Below, piece after piece: positions 47,815 to 56,069 of a stretch of DNA of 64,000 nucleotides. This stretch comes from Acidobacteriota bacterium (lineage in GTDB: Bacteria > Actinomycetota > Acidimicrobiia > Spongiisociales > ZC4RG35), in NCBI GenBank assembly GCA_022573225.1, contig JACZUI010000002.1:28751-92750 (forward strand). Reading direction: 5' to 3'. Position 1 is the first letter of the stretch, and every line of letters begins with the position of its first letter. The notes beneath the pieces were generated by a model that saw only the letters and a program-made list of their open reading frames with translations, was not told the DNA's origin and did no database searches. The position numbers and the translations under genes are program-made.

Positions 47815-48123
47815 ATGGCTCAATTCGTAGGGCGCTTGCAGGGTTCGACACTCGAACCTAGTTTTGTGACCGTTGACGTGTCCGAGGGACGATTCAGGAT
47901 CGTCGCCGGGCGTCGGCAGATGGGTTCGTGGCCTCTGGACAGGATCACGGTCGAGAGAACTTCGATCTACCGGTTCGCTCTGAAGATCGACGGCGACAGC
48001 TTCGAGTTCTTCCCAGAAGATCCATCTCGCTTCTCCGATGCCGTGGGAGTCGTCATCGATCTTCGGGAGACAGAAGGTCGCTTCGGCCTCAAAGCGCGCA
48101 TCGAGCGCGCCGCGAATAGCTGA
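47815..48123 (+). CDS. hypothetical small protein (domain shared with the N-terminus of 55243..56007)
   Basis: 102 aa from ATG 47815. VTVDVSEGRFRIVAGRRQMGSWPLDRI...FALKIDGDSFEFF resembles VSVVVDGSRIRLVSGDELIGDWESATL...FAVRAEGEEFILK in the other gene. Confidence 0.4.
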   Translation: MAQFVGRLQGSTLEPSFVTVDVSEGRFRIVAGRRQMGSWPLDRITVERTSIYRFALKIDGDSFEFFPEDPSRFSDAVGVVIDLRETEGRFGLKARIERAANS

Positions 48124-48152
48124 CAACCGGCAACTGCTGGCACAATCAGAGG

Positions 48153-48899
48153 ATGGTTCGCCGTCTGGTCACCCGCGGAGCCCTTGCTGGCGTCTTCCTT
48201 CTGCTTGTCGAGGCACTGTATGCCGTATTTCGCCCATCCCCGAACCTCGAGGAGTTTGATCCCTCCGGCGAGTTTGGAGACCCCTCACTCCCCTCACTCC
48301 GTGTGGCGGTCCTGGGGGACTCGACCGTCACCGCCCCGGGGGTGTCCGATCCCGATGAAATCTGGATCCGATTGGTCTGTCGTCGTCTCTCCGACACCTT
48401 CCACGTCGAGTTGAAGTCTTTCGCGTCCGGCGGATCGATGACACACGACCTGGTGCGTGAGCAAATGCAGCCGGCCCTCGACTTCAATCCCGACCTGATC
48501 CTTGTCTCGGTTGGTGGCAACGATCTGATCAAGGGCGTCTCGAAGCGTGCCTTTGAGGATGACCTCAACATCCTGATTGCCGGCCTGTCTGAAAGCGGAG
48601 CGATCATCGTCCAGAGTGGCCTGGGCGATCTTGGAACTATCCCCCGGCTGGTGCCACCGCTGCGAAATCTGATCTCTACTCGATCTGAGATGTTCGATCA
48701 GATCCACCGCGCAGTCGGCGCCCGGTACGGAACCCACATTGTCGAGCAGAGGTCAGATTCGCGAGAGGCCTGGTTCGAGGATCGCACCCTCTGGGCAGAC
48801 GATCTGTTTCACGTGAGTGCCCGGGGGCACGAACGGTGGGCGAGTGTGATCTGGCCCACAATCGAGTCGTCGCTATCGGAGCTCCATGGAGCGGGCTGA
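48153..48899 (+). CDS. SGNH/GDSL hydrolase family protein
   Basis: Block I VAVLGDSTV, block III GGNDL, block V region DLFHVS..GH; N-terminal TM/signal segment. Confidence 0.75.
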   Translation: MVRRLVTRGALAGVFLLLVEALYAVFRPSPNLEEFDPSGEFGDPSLPSLRVAVLGDSTVTAPGVSDPDEIWIRLVCRRLSDTFHVELKSFASGGSMTHDLVREQMQPALDFNPDLILVSVGGNDLIKGVSKRAFEDDLNILIAGLSESGAIIVQSGLGDLGTIPRLVPPLRNLISTRSEMFDQIHRAVGARYGTHIVEQRSDSREAWFEDRTLWADDLFHVSARGHERWASVIWPTIESSLSELHGAG

Positions 48900-49299
48900 G
48901 GCCCTCGAGCGCCTCGCCCGGACCCGGATCGGTCGGTTTGCGACCAGCGGCCCCGACGACGGGCCGCATATAGTGCCGGTGACCTTCACAGTCGTCGGCA
49001 CGGCCCTCGTCCACATGGTGGATCACAAGCCAAAGACGACATATCGACTCAAGCGGATCCTCAATCTCGAGGACGAAGCCAGAGCATCGCTTCTCGTCGA
49101 CCACTACAACGAAGACTGGGAGACGCTCTGGTGGGTTCGGGTCGATGGTCTCACCACCGTGGTCTCCTCAGGACCCGAATGGGAGATCGCCCGAGCCGCC
49201 CTGGCCGACAAGTATCCCCAGTATGTGGAGGCACCTCCTGACGGACCGGCGATCTACCTGTCGATGGACCGTGTCACCTCCTGGGAGAGCACCAACTGA
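48886..49299 (+). CDS. PPOX-class probable F420-dependent oxidoreductase (TIGR03668-like)
   Basis: 137 aa. L...RIGRFATSGPDDGPHIVPVTF....LVHMVDHKPK....LKR..NL...ARASLLVDHY.EDW..LWWVRVDG is the typical pattern of this family. Confidence 0.7.
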   Translation: MERAEALERLARTRIGRFATSGPDDGPHIVPVTFTVVGTALVHMVDHKPKTTYRLKRILNLEDEARASLLVDHYNEDWETLWWVRVDGLTTVVSSGPEWEIARAALADKYPQYVEAPPDGPAIYLSMDRVTSWESTN

Positions 49300-49819
49300 C
49301 ACCCTCCTCGGTGGCCAGCCAATCAACCCGTTGATCGTGATCCTCGGTTGGTAGCGACTCGATGAGACGGTCGACAACCGTCACACCGACGACATCGCAG
49401 TCGGATCTGCGCTGGGAGAGAGCCCGGTCGTAGTAGCCACCTCCGCGGCCGAGCCGGTCGCCCGAGCGGCCGAAAGCCAGTCCAGGCACGAGTATCACAT
49501 CCAACTCCGGAACCGGGACAGCGGGCCCGGAGTCGATCGGCTGCACCATGCCCCATGGGTGCGTCTCCCGGGGAAGATCGCGATCTCGGAACGTGAGACT
49601 TCGGTCCTCTTCAATTCGTGGAAGAACCCACCGCCAGCCCGGCAGCCGACCTACCAAACCGGATAGATCAACCTCGTCACTCATCGCCACATAAAAGGCG
49701 ATGGTTCCGGGAAGACGACCGGACAGCCACGAGAACAACCCAGAGGCAACAGCGATACTCGCCTCCGACTCAATATCGCCTGCCTGCCTGGCAGCTTCCC
49801 GCAATCGCTCCTTGCTCAT
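49274..49819 (-). CDS. 5-formyltetrahydrofolate cyclo-ligase
   Basis: 181 aa from ATG 49819. VILVPGLAFGRSGDRLGRGGGYYDR and the terminal ED.HD..VD motif region are family-typical. The longer 272-aa ORF prefix looks non-coding. Confidence 0.75.
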   Translation of the reverse strand: MSKERLREAARQAGDIESEASIAVASGLFSWLSGRLPGTIAFYVAMSDEVDLSGLVGRLPGWRWVLPRIEEDRSLTFRDRDLPRETHPWGMVQPIDSGPAVPVPELDVILVPGLAFGRSGDRLGRGGGYYDRALSQRRSDCDVVGVTVVDRLIESLPTEDHDQRVDWLATEEGVSWCSPRR

Positions 49820-49856
49820 GCGGTCCAGGCTAAGTCCTCTCACTACGCTCGGCTCG

Positions 49857-50597
49857 ATGCGCTGGCTCATCGACGTTCCCCGCACCATCCTCACAGTCAT
49901 CGCAGGAGTCTTGGCCACCGTTCTGGCCGTCGCCATGCTCCTTGTTGTCGCACTGTTCAACCGAACCAGCCCGACGATCGACCGGATCATCAGAGGTTGG
50001 AGCCGGGTGTGGCTGATCATGTCGGGCACCAGGCTCGAAGTGGACGGGCAGGAGAACGTCGATCCCGATCGGTCGTATGTGGTGGTGGCCAATCATCTAT
50101 CGACCCTCGACATCATGGCTTGCCTTGTTGCGGTTCCCCTGCCGATTCGGTTCCTCGCCAAGACAGAGCTGTTCAAGATCCCGATCCTCGCCCAGGGGAT
50201 GAGGGCCGTGGGGATGATCGAAGTCGACCGGGCTGCTCGCGGCACCATTCACACCAGCGTCAACCGTCAAGCCAAGGAGCTCTTGGCCAGCAAGCGAAGT
50301 TTGATCATCTACGCAGAAGGCACTCGCCCTCGGAACGGAGTGATGACGAGGTTCAAAAAGGGAGCCTTCACGATGGCTATCGCCGGTCAACTCCCTGTGC
50401 TGCCTCTGACACTGCATGGCTCCTATGAGGCATGGCCACCGGGGCAACCCTGGGTCCATGGGGGTCGCATCACCGCAGTAATCGACCAGGCGATAGAAAC
50501 CGAGGGAATGACCCACGCTGACACGGGAAAACTGCGTGATCAGGTCTACGAGATCATCTCGAAACGGGTGGCGGAGAAAGGCGGCACGGTCGCTTGA
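49857..50597 (+). CDS. plsC: 1-acyl-sn-glycerol-3-phosphate acyltransferase (PlsC family)
   Basis: HxxxxD motif (VANHLSTLD), FLAKTELFKIP, IYAEGTRP. N-terminal TM segment. Start taken at ATG 49857. Confidence 0.8.
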   Translation: MRWLIDVPRTILTVIAGVLATVLAVAMLLVVALFNRTSPTIDRIIRGWSRVWLIMSGTRLEVDGQENVDPDRSYVVVANHLSTLDIMACLVAVPLPIRFLAKTELFKIPILAQGMRAVGMIEVDRAARGTIHTSVNRQAKELLASKRSLIIYAEGTRPRNGVMTRFKKGAFTMAIAGQLPVLPLTLHGSYEAWPPGQPWVHGGRITAVIDQAIETEGMTHADTGKLRDQVYEIISKRVAEKGGTVA

Positions 50598-50617
50598 CAC
50601 AGATCGAAGTCGGGTCG

Positions 50618-50634
50618 GCGGGATGGGAACCCGC
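50618..50634. terminator. short hairpin between the convergent plsC and imuB genes
   Basis: GCGGG-AUGGGAA-CCCGC between the stops at 50597 and 50673. Weak. Confidence 0.3.
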
Positions 50635-50672
50635 TGCTCCTATGGCGGTGCACGCTGGCTCGCCGGCGATGC

Positions 50673-52163
50673 TCAGTCATAGACCCCGGCGAGAAAGGCC
50701 CTGCCTTCGGCAACCACGCAGAGAAACGCACCCACCGATGTGACCAGCTGATAGCGATCGGCGTCTCTCTCCCCCGCCCACCAGCGGCCACTGAGACGCC
50801 AGGGACCGCTCCAGGTGAGAACCGGTTCCCAACGAGTTCCAAGACGGATCCTGGTCGGCATCCCGCCATCCCACTCAACCTCCAGAGGCTGGAGACGGGG
50901 AGGCACCAAGGCCGGACTGGGAGAAGGAGTCGCTCCCGGCCAGGGCGCCTCAGGGTCACGTTCTTCGGGGATCTCCGGCTCACCCCAACGCGACCAGGCC
51001 ACCCTCTCCTGAGGCATCCGGCCGCCCTGTGGTTTCCCCCGGAGGACTCTCTCGGGTCCGAGCAGTGCCTGAGCCCGCACCAGAGCACGCTCGGTCTCGA
51101 TGCGTGAAGACTCGTCCTGAAGAAGTCCAAGCTGTCGTCCCTCACCGGAAAGGTCGGCCGGCTCTATTCGCAGCCTGACAATGCCTCCCGGCACACCCCC
51201 GGCCTCCACCCAGGCCCGAAGTTGCCACCACACCCGATCGGACAACGACCGCTCGGTAAAGGGATCTGCCGAACGCCACACCCGCTCTCGTGGAGGACCG
51301 TGTGCCGCCTCAGCCATGATGGTCACCCGGTGCGGTGCAACTCCCGCCCGACGCAAACCATCGAGAACTCTTTCGGCAAGAGCCCGCCCGGCGAAGGCCA
51401 CCGCATCGAGGCTCTCCAACGGGTCCTCGAAGCTGGCATCCACCGCCAGGTCGGCAGGGACGTCGCGGGGGTTGACGAACTGATCCTCACCGCTGGCAAG
51501 ACGATGAGCTGTTACCCCCTGGTTGCCAAAGCGGGTGGCCAGAGCCTCTCGGGGCAGTCGGACGATATCGCCAAGAGTGGAGACTCCCAGCCAGCGAAAG
51601 GTATCGATCAGCTCCTCGCCGCCGATGCTCTCGCGCAGGGTGACCAGATCGAGGCGGGAGAGGAACCCGATGGTGTCGGTGATGACTTGGGGCTCCCCGA
51701 CAATGGCCGCAGCCGCGGCCCAACGAGCGGCAAAAGGACCGTCGGCGATGCCAAGGAGCGCATCACCCCCACGCAGGTGGCCAAAGACGCCGTCCAGTTC
51801 CCTGGCCACCCGACCGGCAAGGGCCTCCTCCCCCCCGTAGTAGTTGACGGCGCCGGCGATAAGGACAAAGACCAGGCCCGGCGCCACCACCTCCACCCGG
51901 GGGACCAGATCTTCGATGACCTCTACCACCGGTTCGAAGCGACGCGCCTCGTCACCCACATCCCTGACCAGGACGGTGGCAAAAGGAGCAAGTGCCTCTG
52001 CCTCGCGTCTCGCCATGCCCAGACTCACCCCGGCGGCCAGCACGTCCTCGCTTGCCCCGGTAACCCGGTCGTCTCCAATCAGTACTGGATCATCCGACGA
52101 CGCGTCCGGCCTGGTCAACGACCACATCGGAAACCACACGCATAACGTCCGTGCCTTCATCAT
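50673..52163 (-). CDS. imuB: ImuB, Y-family-polymerase-like mutasome subunit
   Basis: 496 aa. N-terminus ARTLCVWFPMWSL (typical of ImuB), Y-family palm/fingers-like region. Directly downstream of the imuA'-like gene and under a LexA box. Confidence 0.8.
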   Translation of the reverse strand: MMKARTLCVWFPMWSLTRPDASSDDPVLIGDDRVTGASEDVLAAGVSLGMARREAEALAPFATVLVRDVGDEARRFEPVVEVIEDLVPRVEVVAPGLVFVLIAGAVNYYGGEEALAGRVARELDGVFGHLRGGDALLGIADGPFAARWAAAAAIVGEPQVITDTIGFLSRLDLVTLRESIGGEELIDTFRWLGVSTLGDIVRLPREALATRFGNQGVTAHRLASGEDQFVNPRDVPADLAVDASFEDPLESLDAVAFAGRALAERVLDGLRRAGVAPHRVTIMAEAAHGPPRERVWRSADPFTERSLSDRVWWQLRAWVEAGGVPGGIVRLRIEPADLSGEGRQLGLLQDESSRIETERALVRAQALLGPERVLRGKPQGGRMPQERVAWSRWGEPEIPEERDPEAPWPGATPSPSPALVPPRLQPLEVEWDGGMPTRIRLGTRWEPVLTWSGPWRLSGRWWAGERDADRYQLVTSVGAFLCVVAEGRAFLAGVYD

Positions 52164-52767
52164 CCACCTCGAAACGCCGGGTGACCCCGGCTGACCCTTT
52201 CCCCGACGCCTCCAGCATCAGACGTCTCCGCTTCAGCCTCCCATGACCCTGATCTGCCCCTTCCCAGGTTGCTCCGAGACCACGCAACCGGAGATGAGCC
52301 ACGCCTGTTGGCAGACCCTGGCCCAGAGGGCGCATCGCCACCGCTGCCTTTCGGGCGCGGGCCAAGGCAGCGAGACGACGGAGATCCTGATCTCGGGCTC
52401 CGACCGGCACCTCGGCATAGAGAGCACGGACCCCTTCGAGAAGAGCGGCCGCCACCTTGGGCCAGATATGTAGTTCGTCACAACGGACGACGATCAGGCT
52501 CTCGGCGATGACACCGACCTCCCAGGCGGCCTCTGGTGAGATCCATCCCCGAACGTCTAGAGCGACGACTGGCGCCAGTCGGGAATGTGGGGCGAGGAGG
52601 CTCAGGCCAAGACGGGTCAGCCCGGATCCGGGAACACCGACCAGTTCGGTGACCCGCCCAGGTTGAAGTTTGAGATAGCCCTCTTCCCGCTCATTTAGAT
52701 CGAGAAGGGATGCAGTGGTGGCTCCCTCGATGGCCTCGATGCCCAAGCTGACTCCGCTGTCGGGCAC
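52090..52767 (-). CDS. imuA: ImuA'-like (RecA/SulA-fold) mutasome accessory protein
   Basis: 225 aa, GTG start 10 nt from the LexA box. Degenerate P-loop-like GVPGSGLTRLGL. The position upstream of imuB is typical of actinobacterial imuA'. The ORF overlaps imuB by 74 nt. Confidence 0.6.
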   Translation of the reverse strand: MPDSGVSLGIEAIEGATTASLLDLNEREEGYLKLQPGRVTELVGVPGSGLTRLGLSLLAPHSRLAPVVALDVRGWISPEAAWEVGVIAESLIVVRCDELHIWPKVAAALLEGVRALYAEVPVGARDQDLRRLAALARARKAAVAMRPLGQGLPTGVAHLRLRGLGATWEGADQGHGRLKRRRLMLEASGKGSAGVTRRFEVDDEGTDVMRVVSDVVVDQAGRVVG

Positions 52768-52776
52768 TCCATCATA

Positions 52777-52792
52777 TCGAACATATGTTCGA
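52777..52792. promoter_or_regulatory. LexA (SOS) box, TCGAAC-N4-GTTCGA type
   Basis: tcgaacatatgttcga, identical to the dnaE2 box. The 20-mer atatcgaacatatgttcgat is shared by both sites. Confidence 0.8.
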
Positions 52793-52820
52793 TGTAAAGA
52801 GGACTATGCCAGTCTCAGAC

Positions 52821-52883
52821 CGTCGTGCGTGCAGAGCGTCCCGGAAAACGAGACGTTAGGCACGACGGTGAGCCTCAGCCCTC
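52821..52883 (+). repeat. 63-nt direct repeat, left copy
   Basis: cgtcgtgcgtgcagagcgtcccggaaaacgagacgttaggcacgacggtgagcctcagccctc. 62/63 identical to 54280-54342. Contains a nested imperfect palindrome. Confidence 0.9.
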
Positions 52884-52923
52884 CTATCACTCACTTTTCC
52901 GCGTATTGTCGCAACATCGAACG

Positions 52924-54270
52924 ATGCGGAGATGGGACGTGCGTCGAAGTCACAACGCGGCTGTCGCCACACTGGTGGTCCTCGCCATGGTGGCCGGGGC
53001 ATGTAGCGGATCAGGTAGCGAGCCTCCGTCTGCCTCCAAACTCGAGACCAACTTCGACGTCACGCCGCAAGCGAACGCGGTGATTCTCGACGAGAGCCTG
53101 GTCGAGGATCTATTAGTCAGCTCTGATCCGGACGCCGGTGAGTATCGATTCCGGGGCTCGAAAGACGACATTGGTTCCCCCGAGATCGGCCAGGCGGTCG
53201 CCCTCGGCGGTGCCGGCTTCGGCATCGTCAGTTCAGTTCTGGAGGAGGGGGGCGAGACAGTCCTCCAACTCAGCGAAGCCACCCTTGGTGACATTGTCGA
53301 CACCGGAACCCTGGAGTGGGACTACGACGTTTCGTGGGCCGACTTCGAATTCACCTTCGAAGAAACCGCCGGACTGTCCGGCCCTGTCTTCGCAGCCATG
53401 GCGCCCGTTGTCGCTCAGACGTCACAAAAGACGACTATCGAGTTCACCCACCAAGGTTGGAAGTTCACCATCGAGCTCGAGCCCAAGGACGAGAGGCTCA
53501 ACTTCAAGTTGGTCGGCTCACTCAGCATCGGAACAAGCCCCGCACAAGCTTCAATCTCCGGCCAGGGCTGGGTCAGCGGATTCAACTACTCCTCGACCCT
53601 TGAGTACGAGGGCGGGTCGCCAGTGGACATGACGACCGATATCAACGGTCTCCAAGGAGAGATAGAGCTCAAGTGGGCCGCCTTCCGCACACCCCAGCAG
53701 GCCATAACCGAGATCGTCAAGTTCAACGCCCCACTGTCGCTGCCCATCCCGATTCCGGGCCCGTACGGAATTCCGATGGCTCTCCAGCTTAAGGTGGCCG
53801 GTCGGATCGTCCCCGAGCTCTCCGCCCTCGAGTCGTCGAGCGGCGGCAGTTGGAAAGTGAAATACTCCAGCGATCAGGGATTCAAAGTCGAGAGCGACGG
53901 GGTCGGCCTACCCCAAGGAGTGCTCAAGTCGGACGCCATCGACACCTCAGGCGACACCGTCACGGCCGGTCTCGGACCGGCCGGATTCGGACTAGGTGTC
54001 GAGTTTCCCAGATTCGAACTCGGCTTTGTCGGCTACAGCCCGTTTGCATTCATCACAATCGACACCTACAGCACCAGCTTGTGGACACCCGGCACCACCC
54101 TGACGGCCGACATACCGCCCTGTCAGTACGGGTACACCAAGTTCTCGGCCATCGCGGGCTATCAACTCAAGGTCCTTGGCTGGGCCTCTTTGACCGACCA
54201 GTACACCCTGTGGGAAAAGCAGGTCGACAAGTACCTCGACGGCAAGGAGTGCACCCTCTCGGGCGACTAG
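52924..54270 (+). CDS. hypothetical lipoprotein/secreted protein, beta-rich, unknown family
   Basis: 448 aa from ATG 52924. Signal MRRWDVRRSHNAAVATLVVLAMVAGAC. No recognisable motif. The only gene between the two 63-nt repeats. Confidence 0.5.
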   Translation: MRRWDVRRSHNAAVATLVVLAMVAGACSGSGSEPPSASKLETNFDVTPQANAVILDESLVEDLLVSSDPDAGEYRFRGSKDDIGSPEIGQAVALGGAGFGIVSSVLEEGGETVLQLSEATLGDIVDTGTLEWDYDVSWADFEFTFEETAGLSGPVFAAMAPVVAQTSQKTTIEFTHQGWKFTIELEPKDERLNFKLVGSLSIGTSPAQASISGQGWVSGFNYSSTLEYEGGSPVDMTTDINGLQGEIELKWAAFRTPQQAITEIVKFNAPLSLPIPIPGPYGIPMALQLKVAGRIVPELSALESSSGGSWKVKYSSDQGFKVESDGVGLPQGVLKSDAIDTSGDTVTAGLGPAGFGLGVEFPRFELGFVGYSPFAFITIDTYSTSLWTPGTTLTADIPPCQYGYTKFSAIAGYQLKVLGWASLTDQYTLWEKQVDKYLDGKECTLSGD

Positions 54271-54279
54271 CGCGGACAA

Positions 54280-54342
54280 CGTCGTGCGTGCAGAGCGTCC
54301 CGGAAAACGAGACGTTAGGCACGATGGTGAGCCTCAGCCCTC
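54280..54342 (+). repeat. 63-nt direct repeat, right copy (overlaps the last 9 nt of fpg/nei)
   Basis: Same sequence as 52821-52883 with one C-to-T difference at 54325. Positions 54334-54342 are the stop and last two codons of the minus-strand glycosylase gene. Confidence 0.9.
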
Positions 54343-55224
54343 TTCCATCTCCTCGATGGTCTTGGGCCAGTCATCCTTGAGCAAACGAGACAGCGAACGG
54401 TCTGCGAGAAGCTTGCCATCGGTCTGACAGGTTGCGCAGTAGTTGGTCTCGTTCGAGGCATAGACGATTCGCTGCACCTTCGACCCACACCGGGGGCACT
54501 GCTCGCCGTACTTGCCGTGAACAGCCATGTCATCCCGGAAGGCCGTCACTTTCTTCGGCCAGTCCTCCCCCACCTCGTCACGCAAAAGCTGGGTCCATTC
54601 CTCAAGCGAGGTCACTACGGCATCGTGAAGACGCTTCACCTCATCGTCGCTGAGCTGGGAAGTCCGCTTCACCGGAGACAGCCGACCCTTCCACAGGATC
54701 TCATCGGAGTAGGCGTTCCCAATCCCGGCGAAAATGCGAGGATCCGTCAAGGCCCGTTTGAGGGTCCTGTTCTCGGTCTTGAGCGCAACGCCGAACTCCT
54801 CCGCGGTCACATCCAGCGGCTCCACTCCCCCGCGATCCAACGCGGCGACGCCGTCATATCCCCGGCTGAGCCAAATCCCGGCCCGCCTGCGAGTGCCCTG
54901 CTCGGTGAGGATCAGCGACCCGTCGTCAAAATCGAAGGCCGCCAGCCCGAGCTTCTTCGGAATGGCCTTCCCCGGTTGCTCCCAACGAAGTCGGCCGGCC
55001 ACCATCAGATGAATCACCAGGTAGAGATCCCCATCGAACTCGAAGACGATCCGCTTTCCAACCCGCTGCAACCCGACCACATCGAGCCCAACCGGAGCGT
55101 CATAGGGCGGATCGAAGGTCCGCAACACTGAGGGCGAGGCAATTCGGACCCCGCGCAGCGTCCTACCGAGCACCCTGCGTTCGAGGGCTTCGATGTAGAC
55201 GACAATGTCGGGAAGTTCCGGCAT
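54334..55224 (-). CDS. Fpg/Nei family DNA glycosylase / AP lyase
   Basis: MPELPD N-terminus (catalytic Pro2/Glu3), H2TH region (RIFAGIGNAYSDEILW), and C-terminal zinc finger CPRCGSKV...CATCQ. Confidence 0.85.
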   Translation of the reverse strand: MPELPDIVVYIEALERRVLGRTLRGVRIASPSVLRTFDPPYDAPVGLDVVGLQRVGKRIVFEFDGDLYLVIHLMVAGRLRWEQPGKAIPKKLGLAAFDFDDGSLILTEQGTRRRAGIWLSRGYDGVAALDRGGVEPLDVTAEEFGVALKTENRTLKRALTDPRIFAGIGNAYSDEILWKGRLSPVKRTSQLSDDEVKRLHDAVVTSLEEWTQLLRDEVGEDWPKKVTAFRDDMAVHGKYGEQCPRCGSKVQRIVYASNETNYCATCQTDGKLLADRSLSRLLKDDWPKTIEEMEEG

Positions 55225-55242
55225 AGCCGAGACGCTAACGAT

Positions 55243-56007
55243 TCAGTCGTTCAGGCTCCCGCTGAACACGACAGCCACGCCGACCACGATCCCACCGGCG
55301 ATGAAGCCATAGGCAGGCAACTGATTGGAGCTGATTGATGCGGTCTGAGCCGCCATGGCAAAAATCCCGATCACCACGGCGAGCGCGGCGAACGCCGCGA
55401 TGCGCGCCCATTTCGTCCCAATGGCCAGGATGTAGGCGACCGCCGCCATCAGGAGGCCGCCCACGACAAACGCAACCCAAAACTGCCCTGAACCACCAGG
55501 GGAGAGTGATTCCTCTCCTGACACCGAGACAGTCGGCATGGATCGAAGCACTGTGCCGCCTGCCAGCACCAGGACGCCGCCGACAGCGAAGACGATGGCG
55601 CCAACTCGAGAACGGGGAGCCTCCACGTCGGGTTCCGGCTCACGCTCCTCGGGGGCATGGGACTTCGCTACCTGCCGGGCCAATCGGGGGGATGTCGCGG
55701 CCATACCGAGACCCTCGGCAAGGCCGGCGTCGTTCTCCGTCTTGAGAATGAATTCTTCGCCCTCGGCCCTGACCGCGAAACCCTCGCTGAGTGCGCTGAT
55801 ACCCAATGTGGCCGACTCCCAGTCACCGATCAACTCGTCGCCCGATACCAGACGGATACGCGAGCCATCAACGACGACACTGACGGCGATTCCTGCGCCG
55901 CCTTCGCCCCGCATGATGACCGTTCCCTGCGTTTCGAATGCCAACGGTCTATCCCGTGCTGCTGCTTCGAGTCGATTGTATGACCACGCGAAAGGAGGGA
56001 CAGGCAT
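55243..56007 (-). CDS. hypothetical membrane protein (soluble N-terminal domain + about 4 TM helices)
   Basis: 254 aa. The N-terminal domain is related to 47815..48123. The C-terminal half is hydrophobic (VGAIVFAVGGVLVLAGG, FWVAFVVGGLLMAAVAYILAI, AAFAALAVVIGIFAMAA, GFIAGGIVVGVAVVF). Confidence 0.5.
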   Translation of the reverse strand: MPVPPFAWSYNRLEAAARDRPLAFETQGTVIMRGEGGAGIAVSVVVDGSRIRLVSGDELIGDWESATLGISALSEGFAVRAEGEEFILKTENDAGLAEGLGMAATSPRLARQVAKSHAPEEREPEPDVEAPRSRVGAIVFAVGGVLVLAGGTVLRSMPTVSVSGEESLSPGGSGQFWVAFVVGGLLMAAVAYILAIGTKWARIAAFAALAVVIGIFAMAAQTASISSNQLPAYGFIAGGIVVGVAVVFSGSLND

Positions 56008-56025
56008 TTGCCTGTCCCTCCTCTC
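55990..56025 (-). promoter_or_regulatory. 16-bp hairpin sequestering the SD and AUG of the 55243..56007 gene
   Basis: The minus-strand RNA GAGAGGAGGGACAGGC-AAAU-GCCUGUCCCUCCUUUC has one G-U pair. The SD AGGAGG pairs with codons 4-5, and the AUG spans the loop/stem junction. Confidence 0.5.
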
Positions 56026-56033
56026 AAGTCTGA

Positions 56034-56061
56034 GAGGGTGCGTCAGTTCTGATGCACCCTC
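56034..56061 (-). terminator. hairpin 9 nt downstream of the pnp stop (candidate terminator / 3'-end protective structure)
   Basis: GAGGGUGC...GCACCCUC 8-bp outer stem plus an inner CAG/CUG extension. It contains a second copy of the last 14 nt of pnp (tcagaactgacgca). Confidence 0.5.
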
Positions 56062-56069
56062 GTCTTGCG

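Noticed and set aside
52821-54342. Interpreting the repeat-flanked gene as an integron cassette with attC sites.
   Set aside because: There is no intI integrase, no attI, no array of further cassettes, and no recognisable GTTRRRY core sites. It is retained only as one of several possibilities in the finding.
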